Assembly: GCA_003220675.1 (NCBI GenBank)
Contig: QHTD01000063.1
Span: 1 to 56,340 of the forward strand
Direction of reading: 5' to 3'
DNA length: 56,340 nucleotides
Origin: Candidatus Rokuibacteriota bacterium
GTDB taxonomy: Bacteria; Methylomirabilota; Methylomirabilia; Rokubacteriales; CSP1-6
The first letter of the stretch is position 1. Every line of letters starts with the position of its first letter. The position numbers and the translations under genes were made by a program. The notes under the pieces were generated by a model, which saw nothing but the letters and a program-made list of their open reading frames with translations, ran no database searches and was not told the DNA's origin. This document shows, piece after piece, positions 1 to 10,607 of this stretch.

Positions 1-638
1 TGGCCGCGGAAGAGGTCGTCCACATGACGCAGGCGGTCCAGGTTCACGTCGAGGATCGAGACGTCGGCGCCGAGGCCGACCGCCGCGCGCGCCGCGTTGA
101 GCCCCGCCGTGCCCGCGCCCAGGATGACGACGTTACCGGGCGGGACGCCGGGCACGCCGGAGAGTAAGATGCCGCGCCCGCCGCGGGCGCGGCCGAGGTA
201 GAAGGCGCCCTCCTGCACCGAGAGTCGCCCGGCCACCTCGCTCATCGGTGTGAGGAGCGGCAGGCTCCCATCGGCGCGCTGGACCGTCTCGTAGCCGATC
301 GCGATCGTGCCCGAGTCGCGCAGCGCCCGTGCCAGCTCGGGCGCCGGGGCGAGGTGAAGGTAGGTGAAGAGGATCTGGCCCGGCCGCAGCCGCGGATACT
401 CCGCCGGGAGAGGCTCTTTGACCTTCAGGACGAGGTCGGCGCGCTGCCAGACCTCGTCGGCCGTGGCGAGCGCCGCACCGACGGCGGCGTACTCGTCGTC
501 GCGGATGCCGCTGCCGGCACCGGCGCCGCGCTCGACGACGACCTGGTGGCCGGCTTCGGCGAGCGCGCGGGCGCCGGCCGGCGTCAGCGCGACACGCTGC
601 TCGCCCGGCTTGATCTCGCGCGGAACGCCGACGGTCAC
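1..638 (-). CDS. ald: Alanine dehydrogenase (5' part; runs off the window edge)
   Basis: Not in the ORF track. Manual minus-strand translation from GTG at 638 gives MTVGVPREIKPGEQRVALTPAGARALAEAGHQVVVERGAG..., later PLLTPMSEVAGRLSVQEGA and the Rossmann motif VVILGAGTAG. AAGGAG SD upstream; GTGA overlap with the stop of the upstream hydrolase. Confidence 0.95.
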   Translation of the reverse strand, partial: MTVGVPREIKPGEQRVALTPAGARALAEAGHQVVVERGAGAGSGIRDDEYAAVGAALATADEVWQRADLVLKVKEPLPAEYPRLRPGQILFTYLHLAPAPELARALRDSGTIAIGYETVQRADGSLPLLTPMSEVAGRLSVQEGAFYLGRARGGRGILLSGVPGVPPGNVVILGAGTAGLNAARAAVGLGADVSILDVNLDRLRHVDDLFRG

Positions 639-1513
639 CGCGGCGACTCCTTGGCGAGGAACTCTCGGATCAGCCGGTTGACGAGCGCGGGCTGCTCGTG
701 GACGACCCAGTGCGATCCGTCGGGCACGCGCTTGACCGTGAGGTCGGGGACGAAGCGCTCCAGCCCGTCGAGGTTCCCGGTGAGGAGCGCGCGATCGCGC
801 TCGCCCCAGATCACGAGCGTCGGGACGGTCAGCGTGAGCCGCGAGGGCTCGCCGCCGAAGCTTCGCGCGGGGACTCCCTCGGCTCCGGGCGGGCCGACGC
901 CGGCCGCGCGGTAGTAGTTCAGCCCGCCGGTGAGCGCGCCGGGCTGGGACCACGCGGCGACGTACTGGGCGCGGTCCTCGTCCGTGAACCACGCGCCGAC
1001 GCGTGTGAACATCGCGAGCATCCGCGCGTAGTCGTCCGCCGCGAGAATCTGCTCGGCCTGGGCGCTCCGGAACGTCAGCATGTAGCGGCTCGCCTCCTGC
1101 TGGGCGGGATTCTCACGGAGCTCGCGCTCGAAGACCGCGGGGTGCGGGGCGTTCACGATGACGAGCTTCTCGAGACGCTCCGGATGCGTGATCGCGAACG
1201 CCCAGGCGACGACGCCGCCCCAGTCGTGGCCGACGAGGATGAACGTCTTCGCCCCGAGGTGCTCCGCGAGTGCCCGCACGTCGGCGACGAGGTGCTTCAT
1301 CGCGTACGCGGCGAGATCCGTCGGCTTCGACGAGAGGTTGTAGCCGCGCATGTCGGGCGCCACCGCGCGATGGTCGCGCCCGAAGTCGGCGAGCTGCGCC
1401 GTCCACGCGTACCAGAACTCGGGGAACCCGTGGAGGAACATGACGAGGGGCCCGCGGCCCACGGTCACGTAGTGGAGGCGGACGCCGTTCACGTCCGCGT
1501 AGGCGTGGTCCAT
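635..1513 (-). CDS. Alpha/beta hydrolase, epoxide hydrolase-like
   Basis: HGFPE, GYNLS, nucleophile GHDWGG, NYYR and C-terminal His (SHWV) motifs. Confidence 0.92.
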   Translation of the reverse strand: MDHAYADVNGVRLHYVTVGRGPLVMFLHGFPEFWYAWTAQLADFGRDHRAVAPDMRGYNLSSKPTDLAAYAMKHLVADVRALAEHLGAKTFILVGHDWGGVVAWAFAITHPERLEKLVIVNAPHPAVFERELRENPAQQEASRYMLTFRSAQAEQILAADDYARMLAMFTRVGAWFTDEDRAQYVAAWSQPGALTGGLNYYRAAGVGPPGAEGVPARSFGGEPSRLTLTVPTLVIWGERDRALLTGNLDGLERFVPDLTVKRVPDGSHWVVHEQPALVNRLIREFLAKESPR

Positions 1514-1514
1514 G

Positions 1515-2357
1515 TCACTTCACGTATAGCAGGAAAAAGCGCGCGAGGCGCGCCTCGAAATCGGGCGGGAGCGCGCCGTGGCGCCCGTAGGCCAGGAACA
1601 GGAACTCGGCGCGCGGGTTCGCCGCGAGCGCCGCGCGCAACCGCTCGGCGTGGGCGAAGGCGATCTGCTCGTCCTCGCGGCTCGCGATGAGGAGCACCGG
1701 GACGGCGAGCCGCGCGGCCGCCTCGACGGGCGCGGGGCGCGTGATGTCGTGGCCGAGGAAGAGGCGCGCCCAGACGCGCGTCATCCCGACGAGCGGGTAC
1801 TTCAGGAGCCAGAGCCATGCGTAGAGCTCGTGGCCGAGCAGGGTCAGGTCGGCGAACGGCGCGTACGCGGCGGCGGCGCGGATGCGCGGGTCCTCGGCGG
1901 CGGCGAGCAGCGCGACGGCGCCCCCGAGCGAGAAGCCGAAGACTCCCACCGGGCCGAACCCACGCGCCGCCAGGAAATCGACGGCGCGCCCGAGGTCCCG
2001 GCGCTCCCTGAAGCCGAGCGTCGTCAGGCGCCCCTCGCTCCGGCCGAAGTAGCGCTGGTCGAGGAGGAGCACGGTGAAGCGCGGCGCGAGGCCCGCCGCG
2101 ATCGGCAGCATGTCGGCCTTGTCGGCCGGGTAGCCGTGCAGGAGGATGACGGCCGGCGCGCCGGGGCGCGGGACGAGCCACGCCGCGAGCTTCAGGCCGT
2201 CGTCGGTCATGATCGTCACGTCCTCGACGGCGAGCCCGAAGTCTCGGGGCGCCAGCGGAACGGCGAGCCGCGGTGGCCGGACCGCGAGCCAGAAGGCGAG
2301 GAGGCTCGCGACGAGGAAGCCGGCGACGAGCACCGCCGCGTAGAGGGCGAGCCTCAC
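1515..2357 (-). CDS. Membrane-anchored alpha/beta hydrolase (serine esterase/peptidase-like)
   Basis: N-terminal hydrophobic helix, LLHGY, GFSLGG nucleophile elbow, Asp (EDEQI) and His (GRHG). Confidence 0.88.
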   Translation of the reverse strand: MRLALYAAVLVAGFLVASLLAFWLAVRPPRLAVPLAPRDFGLAVEDVTIMTDDGLKLAAWLVPRPGAPAVILLHGYPADKADMLPIAAGLAPRFTVLLLDQRYFGRSEGRLTTLGFRERRDLGRAVDFLAARGFGPVGVFGFSLGGAVALLAAAEDPRIRAAAAYAPFADLTLLGHELYAWLWLLKYPLVGMTRVWARLFLGHDITRPAPVEAAARLAVPVLLIASREDEQIAFAHAERLRAALAANPRAEFLFLAYGRHGALPPDFEARLARFFLLYVK

Positions 2358-2363
2358 GCGGGG

Positions 2364-2392
2364 ATGCTAGAGTCGGCGCGCGCGCGTGTCAA
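2364..2392 (-). promoter_or_regulatory. Sigma70-type promoter TTGACA-N17-TAGCAT, probably leaderless
   Basis: Minus strand: TTGACA (2392-2387), 17-nt spacer, TAGCAT (2369-2364), 6 nt, then the GTG start at 2357. Confidence 0.7.
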
Positions 2393-2407
2393 CGGCGCCG
2401 CCTGCCG

Positions 2408-2413
2408 TATAAT
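2408..2413 (+). promoter_or_regulatory. -10 element TATAAT, 7 nt before the ATG at 2421
   Basis: Perfect TATAAT in very GC-rich context; no SD between it and the ATG. Confidence 0.6.
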
Positions 2414-2420
2414 TTGTGCG

Positions 2421-5400
2421 ATGCGCTGCTCCGCCTGCCAGGCCGATAACCCTCCGCCGAACCGCTTCTGCGACCACTGCGGGACCGCGCTCGAAGCGAG
2501 CTGCCCGAGCTGCGGCGCGACCCTCCGCCCGGGCGCGCGCTTCTGCGGCGCGTGCGGCCAGCGCCTCGGCGAGACGCCGCCGCAGGCACCGGTCGCGGCC
2601 CCGCCGCCCGAGTCACCTGGCGCGGCCGCGGTCGGGGCGCCGGGGAGCGGATTCCGGCCGTCGCTCGCGTCGTACACGCCCAAGCACCTGGCCGATAAGA
2701 TCCTCAAGTCGCGCTCGGCGCTCGAGGGCGAGCGCCGCCAGGTGACGGTCCTCTTCGCCGACGTCGCCGGGTTCACGACGCTCGCCGAGAAGCTCGACCC
2801 GGAGGACGTCCACGGCATCATCGAGCGCTGCTTCGAGCTGATCACCGCCGAAGTGCATCGGTTCGAGGGCACGGTCAACCAGTACACGGGCGACGGCGTC
2901 ATGGCGCTCTTCGGCGCGCCCATCGCCCACGAGGACGGACCGCGGCGCGCCGTCCACGCGGCGCTCGGAATCCAGCAGGCGCTCCGCGATCACTCGCAAC
3001 AGCTCCAGGCCGAGCGCGGCCTCGGTCTGCAGATGCGGATCGGCATCAACACGGGGCCCGTCGTCGTGGGCAGGATCGGCGACGACCTCCGGATGGACTA
3101 CACCGCGGTCGGGGACACGACGAACCTCGCGGCGCGCATGCAGCAGGCCGCGCGCCCGGGGAGCGTGGTCGTGACCGAGGCGACGCACAAGGCGATCGGC
3201 GGGTACTTCGAGACGCTGGACCTCGGGGAGCGGGAGGTCAAGGGTCACGCGCCGGTCCGCGCGTTCGAGGTGCTCCGGCCACGCGAGCGCCGCTCGCGGC
3301 TCGAAGTCGCCATCGAGCGCGGGCTCACGCCGCTCGTCGGCCGAGAGCGCGAGATCGCGACCTTGCACGACCGCTTCGCGGAGGTGAAGGCCAGTCGCGG
3401 CCAGGTCGTCTTCGTCGCCGGCGATGCGGGCATCGGCAAGTCGCGCCTCCTCCTCGAGTTCCGTCGCGGGCTCGCCGATGCGCACGAGACCGTGACGTGG
3501 CTCGAGGGGCAGTGCGTCTCCTTCGGCCAGGCGGTCCCGTTCCTGCCGCTGATCGACCAGCTCCGCGAGAACTTCCGGATCGAGGAGTTCGACGGCGAGC
3601 CCGAGATCATCGCCAAGGTCGAGCAGGGGATGCGCCGCATGGGCGGGCTCGAGCCGCACATCCCGTACGTGCGCTACATGCTCTCCGTCGATGCCGGAGA
3701 TCCCGAGGTCGTGGCCATGGCCCCGCTCGCGCGCCGCCGGAAGGTCTTCGACGCGATCCGCGCGCTCTCGCTCCGTGGTGCGCGGCTCCGTCCGCTCGTG
3801 CTCGTGTTCGAGGACCTCCACTGGGTGGACTCGAGCACCGAAGAGTACCTCGCCTCCATTATGGACTCGATCGCGAGCGTGCCGCTCCTGCTGGTCCTGA
3901 CCTATCGGGTCGGGTACAACCCGCCGTTCGGCACGCGGAGCTTCCACACGTCCCTCGCGTTGCACACGCTGTCCGAGGCCGAGGCGCTCGCGATGGCGGG
4001 ACGGGTCCTGGGTACCGAGCGGCTGCCCGACGAGCTCAGGGCCGCGCTGATGCAGAAGGCCGAGGGCGTGCCGCTGTTCATCGAAGAGGTGACCAAGACG
4101 CTCCTCGATCTCGGCGTGCTCCGGAAGGAGACGGGGGGGTACCGGATCGTGGGGCACATCGGCGGCGTCAGCGTACCCGACACGATCCAGGACATCATCA
4201 TGGCGCGGCTCGACCGGCTCGGCGACGACGGCAAGCGCATGGTCCAGCTCGCCTCGGTGATCGGGCGGCAGTTCCTCGTGCGTCTGCTCCAGCGTGTCGG
4301 CGGGCTCCAGGACCGACTGGAGGGGCTGCTCCTCGAATTGAAAAAGCTCGAGATCGTCTACGAGCTCGGGCTCCTCGACGAGCCGGCCTACATCTTCAAG
4401 CACGCCGTGATCCAGGACGTCGCCTACAACAGCCTGCTGAAGGAGCGACGCAAGGAGCTCCACCGTGCCGTCGGCTACGCGATCGAGGAGCTCTACGCGG
4501 ACCGTCTCGCCGAGCACTACGAGGAGCTGGCGCACCACTTCTACCAGGGCGAGGACTGGCCGAAGGCGTTCGGGTACCTCGTGAGCTCCGGCGACCGCGC
4601 CAAGGACGCCTACGCCAACCAGGCGGCGCTCGACGTCTACGGCAGGGCGCTCGAGGTCGGAAGCCGCGCCGCCAGTCGCGTGACCTCGCGTCAGCTGATG
4701 GAGATCCACCGTCGCCGGAGCCAGGTGTGGTTGCTGCTGACGTGGTACTCCGAGGCGATCGCGGATCTGGAAGAGATGCTCGCGCTCGCCCGCGCATCGC
4801 GGGATCGGCTCGGCGAGGGAGAGGCGCTCGCCGAGCTCGCCCATAGCCACTGGGCGACGTTTTCCTCCGACCACATGCCCCGGGCACGAGACTGCGCCGA
4901 AGCGGCCCTCACGATCGCGCGGGAGACAGGCGACCAGCGGGTTCTGGCGAAGAGTCTCGGATACCTCGGACTCCTGGACCAGGTCGGCGGCGACCTCGAA
5001 GAGGCGGACCGGAAGCTCGAGGAGTCCCTCCGCCTCGCGGAGGCGGGAGGGTTCAAGGACTCGATCGCCCAGAATCAAACGTGGCTCGGGGCGCACGCGA
5101 ACTGGCGGGGGGACTTCCGCAGAGCCCTCGTTCTCTGCCGTCACGCCGAGCGTGCGTCGGCCGAGATCCACGACGGCTTTCAGGAGCTCCTCGCGCTCGC
5201 GTTCGTCTGCCTCGCCCACATCGGGCTGGGGGAGTATCGCGAGGCGCTCGCCGTCATCAACGACGGTCTGACCAAGGCCCGAGACCGGAACAACCTCTTT
5301 ATCGCGGCGCGCCTGCAGAATACGCTGGGATGGCTGCATCAGGAGCTTGGCGATTTCAGGCGATCCGTCGAGCTCGATCGCGAGAGCGCCGATCTCGGGC

Positions 5401-5999
5401 GGGCGGCGAAGAATCCGAATGTCGAGATCAGTGCACTCATCAACCTCGGGCTCGACCACCTGAACCTCGGCGAGTCCCCGCGGGCCCTGGCGCTTTTCGA
5501 GGAGACCATGGTGCGCGTGGAGAAGCAGGGGTTCGGCGCCCACCGCTGGCGATGGGCGATGCATCTCTCGACGTATCTGGCGGAGGCGTTGCTGACGATC
5601 GGCAGGCCCGAGCAGGCCCTGGGTCAGGTCGAGAACGCGTTGGTCCAGGCGCGCCCCACGGGGTCGACGAAGTACGTCGCCAAGTGTCACGCCCTCCGAG
5701 GACAGATCGCCCTGCAGGGGCGACAGTGGAGTCAGGCCGAAGCGGATCTCGCTGAAGCACTGCGCATCGCCCGGCGGATCCAGTACCCGACGCTCACCTG
5801 GCAGGCCGCCCACATGCTGGCGCGGGCGCAGGCGGAGCAGAAGAAAGTCGAGGAAGCCGTCGCGACGGCGCGCCTCGCCGCCGACACGATCGCGGCGGTC
5901 GCGGCGCGTGCGCCGGACGCCGCGGTCAAGAGCACGTTCCTCGCCTGGCCGCGCGTCCAGGCGGCGATGGAGGATCTGGAGCGGATCCAGCGCGCCTGA
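2421..5999 (+). CDS. Double zinc-ribbon / class III adenylate-guanylate cyclase / STAND AAA-ATPase / TPR protein
   Basis: Start moved to ATG 2421 (MRCSAC...). Four CxxC motifs; cyclase motifs VLFADVAGFT, QYTGDGVMALFG, GDTTNLAARMQ; Walker A GDAGIGKS; FEDLHW; helical TPR-like C-terminus. Confidence 0.93.
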   Translation: MRCSACQADNPPPNRFCDHCGTALEASCPSCGATLRPGARFCGACGQRLGETPPQAPVAAPPPESPGAAAVGAPGSGFRPSLASYTPKHLADKILKSRSALEGERRQVTVLFADVAGFTTLAEKLDPEDVHGIIERCFELITAEVHRFEGTVNQYTGDGVMALFGAPIAHEDGPRRAVHAALGIQQALRDHSQQLQAERGLGLQMRIGINTGPVVVGRIGDDLRMDYTAVGDTTNLAARMQQAARPGSVVVTEATHKAIGGYFETLDLGEREVKGHAPVRAFEVLRPRERRSRLEVAIERGLTPLVGREREIATLHDRFAEVKASRGQVVFVAGDAGIGKSRLLLEFRRGLADAHETVTWLEGQCVSFGQAVPFLPLIDQLRENFRIEEFDGEPEIIAKVEQGMRRMGGLEPHIPYVRYMLSVDAGDPEVVAMAPLARRRKVFDAIRALSLRGARLRPLVLVFEDLHWVDSSTEEYLASIMDSIASVPLLLVLTYRVGYNPPFGTRSFHTSLALHTLSEAEALAMAGRVLGTERLPDELRAALMQKAEGVPLFIEEVTKTLLDLGVLRKETGGYRIVGHIGGVSVPDTIQDIIMARLDRLGDDGKRMVQLASVIGRQFLVRLLQRVGGLQDRLEGLLLELKKLEIVYELGLLDEPAYIFKHAVIQDVAYNSLLKERRKELHRAVGYAIEELYADRLAEHYEELAHHFYQGEDWPKAFGYLVSSGDRAKDAYANQAALDVYGRALEVGSRAASRVTSRQLMEIHRRRSQVWLLLTWYSEAIADLEEMLALARASRDRLGEGEALAELAHSHWATFSSDHMPRARDCAEAALTIARETGDQRVLAKSLGYLGLLDQVGGDLEEADRKLEESLRLAEAGGFKDSIAQNQTWLGAHANWRGDFRRALVLCRHAERASAEIHDGFQELLALAFVCLAHIGLGEYREALAVINDGLTKARDRNNLFIAARLQNTLGWLHQELGDFRRSVELDRESADLGRAAKNPNVEISALINLGLDHLNLGESPRALALFEETMVRVEKQGFGAHRWRWAMHLSTYLAEALLTIGRPEQALGQVENALVQARPTGSTKYVAKCHALRGQIALQGRQWSQAEADLAEALRIARRIQYPTLTWQAAHMLARAQAEQKKVEEAVATARLAADTIAAVAARAPDAAVKSTFLAWPRVQAAMEDLERIQRA

Positions 6000-6877
6000 T
6001 GCCGGAGACGACCCTGGGCGCGCTCGCGGCGCTCGGCTCGGCGCTGACCTGGGCGGTGACGAGCCTCCTCGCGCGCGCGCTGGTGCCCGAGCTGGGCTCG
6101 GTCGCGGTCAACGCCGTGCGCTCGACCGTCGGGAGCGCCCTCCTTGTCGTCTGGGTGCTCGCGACCGCCGGCGCGGGCGCGTTCACCGCGGCGTCCGCGA
6201 GCGCGCTCGTGCTCCTGGCGCTCTCGATCGTGGCCGCGACCGCGATCGGCGACACCGTGTTCTTCGAGAGCACGCGCATGCTCGGTGTCGGTCGCGCGAT
6301 GACGATCTCGATGACCTACCCCGTGGGCGCCGCCGCGCTCGCGGCGGCCTTTCTCGGCGAGCCGGTCACGCTACCGGTCGCCGCGGGAACCCTCCTCACC
6401 CTCGGCGGCATCGTCCTCATCGTGGCGCCGTGGGCCGCGCGCGCGCCGGACGAGCGGTTCTGGTTCGGCGTGGGAGCGGCGACGCTCGCGGCGCTCGCCT
6501 GGGCGGTCTCTGTGGTCCTCCTCAGGGCGCCCCTTCGAGAGATGGAGGCGATGACGGCGCAGGCGATCCGGTTGCCGCTGGCGGCGCTGGTGCTGTGGGC
6601 GACGCCCTGGGCGCGCGCCGCGGCGGGCAGCCTCCGGCGGATCGGCGGCGCGGCCCTCGCCCGGCTGGCCGTGCTGAGCGTCGTGACCGCGCTGAGCTCG
6701 GTGATGTTCGTCGCGGGCGTCAAGTACGCGGGCGTGGCGGTGGCGACGGTGCTGTCGTCCACGGCGCCGATGTTCGCGATCCCGCTCGCGCGGGTCTGCT
6801 TCGGCGAGCGGCTGTCGCGCGGCGCGCTGGTCGGCGCGGGCGTCACCGTCGCCGGGATCGTCGTGCTGCAGCTCTGA
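5999..6877 (+). CDS. DMT/EamA-family transporter
   Basis: About 10 hydrophobic helices in two repeats, with typical FLGEPVT and FGERLS motifs. Confidence 0.9.
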   Translation: MPETTLGALAALGSALTWAVTSLLARALVPELGSVAVNAVRSTVGSALLVVWVLATAGAGAFTAASASALVLLALSIVAATAIGDTVFFESTRMLGVGRAMTISMTYPVGAAALAAAFLGEPVTLPVAAGTLLTLGGIVLIVAPWAARAPDERFWFGVGAATLAALAWAVSVVLLRAPLREMEAMTAQAIRLPLAALVLWATPWARAAAGSLRRIGGAALARLAVLSVVTALSSVMFVAGVKYAGVAVATVLSSTAPMFAIPLARVCFGERLSRGALVGAGVTVAGIVVLQL

Positions 6878-6912
6878 GCGCTCGATACTAGAACCGCGTC
6901 GGAGTAACCGCG

Positions 6913-6987
6913 TTCGAGCGCGGGCTTCGCCCGCGCAACCTCGTTCTGGGGGAGGCCTCGGAGGGGGCCGCCGAGGCCCCCTCCGAA
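6913..6987 (-). repeat. REP/MITE-like bipartite palindrome, copy 1
   Basis: Hairpin TCGGAGGGGGCC..GGCCCCCTCCGA, then GGCCTCCCCCA, then TTGCGCGGGC-GAA-GCCCGCGCTCGAA (minus strand). Homologous to 27195-27305. Flanked by the direct repeat ACTAGAACCG (6887-6896 and 6989-6998). Confidence 0.85.
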
Positions 6988-6989
6988 GA

Positions 6990-8789
<1,800 letters not shown>

Positions 8790-8795
8790 CGTCTC

Positions 8796-8804
8796 ATCGT
8801 ACCA
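8796..8804 (-). promoter_or_regulatory. Extended -10 (TG-G-TACGAT) 6 nt before the typA ATG
   Basis: Minus strand reads TGGTACGAT-gagacg-ATG; no SD. Confidence 0.6.
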
Positions 8805-8889
8805 CGCGACGGTCGGCGCCCGGCTCGGCGGGGAGCGCCGATGAGAGGGAATAGCCGCTCCGGCCGCCGGGCATAGTATCCTGAACCGC

Positions 8890-9540
8890 ATGGGCGGGCC
8901 CCGCTGTCCCCGGTGCGACCGAGGGAAGGGTCGGCGCTGCCACCGCGACGGCGCCCTCGAGCAAGCGCTGTCGGGCGTGTACATCTACCCCTTCCGCTGC
9001 TCGCTCTGCGGCCACCGCTTCCGGGCGCTCGCGTGGGGCAGGCGCTACGTCAAACAGGCGGTGGACCGCCGCGAGTGGGATCCCGTCGCCGTCCGCGCGC
9101 CGGTCGTGCTCCGGACCGGCGACGCGAGCGCGGCGGGCGAGGCGACGGCGCTCTCGTTCCAGGGCTTCACGGTGAAGACCGAGGCGCGGCTCGTCGAGGG
9201 CGCCACCGCGAGCGTCAAGCTCGACCTCGTCGCTGGCGAGCCTCCCATCGAGGTGGAGGAGGCCGTCGTCCGGACGATGCGCTCGGACGGCGTGGGCTTC
9301 CAGTTCGTGCGGCTCCGCCCCGAGGAGGAGCGTCGCCTGCGGCGCGTCGTCGTTGGCCTGTTCGCCCGTGGGCGCGACGCGACGGTCCCGCCGCGTCCTA
9401 CCCTGCCGCGCGAGGGGAGGCTCCGGATGCTCTGGTCGGCCGACGTCCAGCTCGTGGTGCTCGTCATCACCGTGATCGTGCTGTCCTGGCTCTGGCTGTC
9501 GCCGTGGTTCGTGCGATGCGTGTACGGCGTGAATTGTTGA
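8890..9540 (+). CDS. Zn-ribbon + PilZ-domain membrane protein
   Basis: CPRC...CSLC at the N-terminus, DRREWDP (RxxxR-like), ALSFQG (D/NxSxxG-like), GVGFQF, C-terminal TM helix. TATCCT lies 7 nt upstream of the ATG. Confidence 0.7.
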   Translation: MGGPRCPRCDRGKGRRCHRDGALEQALSGVYIYPFRCSLCGHRFRALAWGRRYVKQAVDRREWDPVAVRAPVVLRTGDASAAGEATALSFQGFTVKTEARLVEGATASVKLDLVAGEPPIEVEEAVVRTMRSDGVGFQFVRLRPEEERRLRRVVVGLFARGRDATVPPRPTLPREGRLRMLWSADVQLVVLVITVIVLSWLWLSPWFVRCVYGVNC

Positions 9541-9559
9541 GTATATTGTTGCGTATAAT
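9533..9559 (+). promoter_or_regulatory. AT-rich tandem 12-mer overlapping a TATAAT -10 upstream of the cyclophilin operon
   Basis: ATTGTTGAGTAT (9533-9544) then ATTGTTGCGTAT (9545-9556); TATAAT at 9554-9559. Confidence 0.55.
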
Positions 9560-9592
9560 GTCGAGTGCGCTGGCGTCCCGGAGGCTTCCCGT

Positions 9593-10159
9593 ATGACCCA
9601 TCGCCTGCTCGCGCTCGCTGCCGCGATCCTCGCGGGGACCACGCCAGCCCTCGCGCAGGCGCCGAAGCCGGCGCAGCCGGCGCCCGCGGCGCAGGCGAAG
9701 GCGCCGGAGGCGGTGATCACGCTCGAGAAGGGTGGCGAGATCCGGATCGAGTTGTTCCGGACGGACGCACCCGGGCACGTCGACAACTTCACCAAGCTCG
9801 CCGGCCGAGGGTTCTACGACGGCCAGCGGTTCCACCGCGTCGAGCCGGGCTTCGTCGTCCAGATCGGAGATCCCAAGTCCAAGACGCTGCCGCTCGACCA
9901 CCCGGACATGGGCACTGGCGGTCCGGGCTACACGATCAAGGCCGAGTTCAACAAGCGCGAGTTCGTCCGCGGCGTCGTCGGCATGGCGCGCGGCCGGGAC
10001 CCGGACTCCGCGGGGAGCCAGGTCTTCGTCATGCTCGCCGACGACAAGGGCCTGAACGGCCAGTACACCGCCTTCGGCCGGGTCGTGAGCGGCATGGACG
10101 TCGTGGACCGGATCAAGGTCGGCGACCGCGTGAAGTCCGTGACGATCGTCCCCAGATGA
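9593..10159 (+). CDS. Cyclophilin-type peptidyl-prolyl isomerase, exported
   Basis: Signal peptide (..PALA/Q); FYDGQRFHRV, VVQIGDP, GMAR, DSAGSQ, YTAFGRV. Confidence 0.93.
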   Translation: MTHRLLALAAAILAGTTPALAQAPKPAQPAPAAQAKAPEAVITLEKGGEIRIELFRTDAPGHVDNFTKLAGRGFYDGQRFHRVEPGFVVQIGDPKSKTLPLDHPDMGTGGPGYTIKAEFNKREFVRGVVGMARGRDPDSAGSQVFVMLADDKGLNGQYTAFGRVVSGMDVVDRIKVGDRVKSVTIVPR

Positions 10160-10169
10160 GGACGAGCGG

Positions 10170-10604
10170 GTGACTCAGACCGCCGTCATCACGCTCGAGA
10201 AAGGGGGCGAGATCCGGATCGAGTTCTTCCCAGAGAACGCGCCAAAGACCGTCGCGAACTTCGTGACGCTCGCCAAGCGGGGGTTCTACAACGGGCTCAC
10301 CTTCCACCGCGTCGTCCCGAACTTCGTCGTCCAGGGCGGCTGCCCCAAAGGCGACGGCACCGGCGGTCCCGGCCACACGATCCCCGCCGAGTTCAACACG
10401 CAGAAGCACGTGCGCGGCAGCGTCGCAATGGCGCGGAGCCAGCACCCCGACTCCGCGGGCAGCCAGTTCTACATCTGCTACGGCCCCACGCCCCATCTCG
10501 ACGGAAACTACACCGTGTTTGGACGCGCCGTCGCCGGCATGGAGCACGTGGACCGCATCCGGCAAGGTGATCGAATGGCGTCGGTGACGATCGTCGAAGC
10601 GTAG
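10170..10604 (+). CDS. Cyclophilin-type peptidyl-prolyl isomerase, cytoplasmic
   Basis: FYNGLTFHRV, QGGCP, AMAR, SAGSQFYI, HLDGNYTVFG; no signal peptide. Confidence 0.93.
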   Translation: MTQTAVITLEKGGEIRIEFFPENAPKTVANFVTLAKRGFYNGLTFHRVVPNFVVQGGCPKGDGTGGPGHTIPAEFNTQKHVRGSVAMARSQHPDSAGSQFYICYGPTPHLDGNYTVFGRAVAGMEHVDRIRQGDRMASVTIVEA

Positions 10605-10607
10605 CGG

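Noticed and set aside
1578-2420. N-terminal 281 aa of the 1473-aa cyclase ORF, and similar extensions on typA, tupA, modC, tupC, the permeases, metG, tatD and the P450
   Set aside because: They overlap neighbouring real genes; downstream starts fit promoters, SD sites or stop/start overlaps.
9535-9558. Possible second selenoprotein: the PilZ gene ends Cys-TGA followed by VYCCV-TAA
   Set aside because: No SECIS-like hairpin follows; the sequence is AT-rich promoter DNA with non-host codons.
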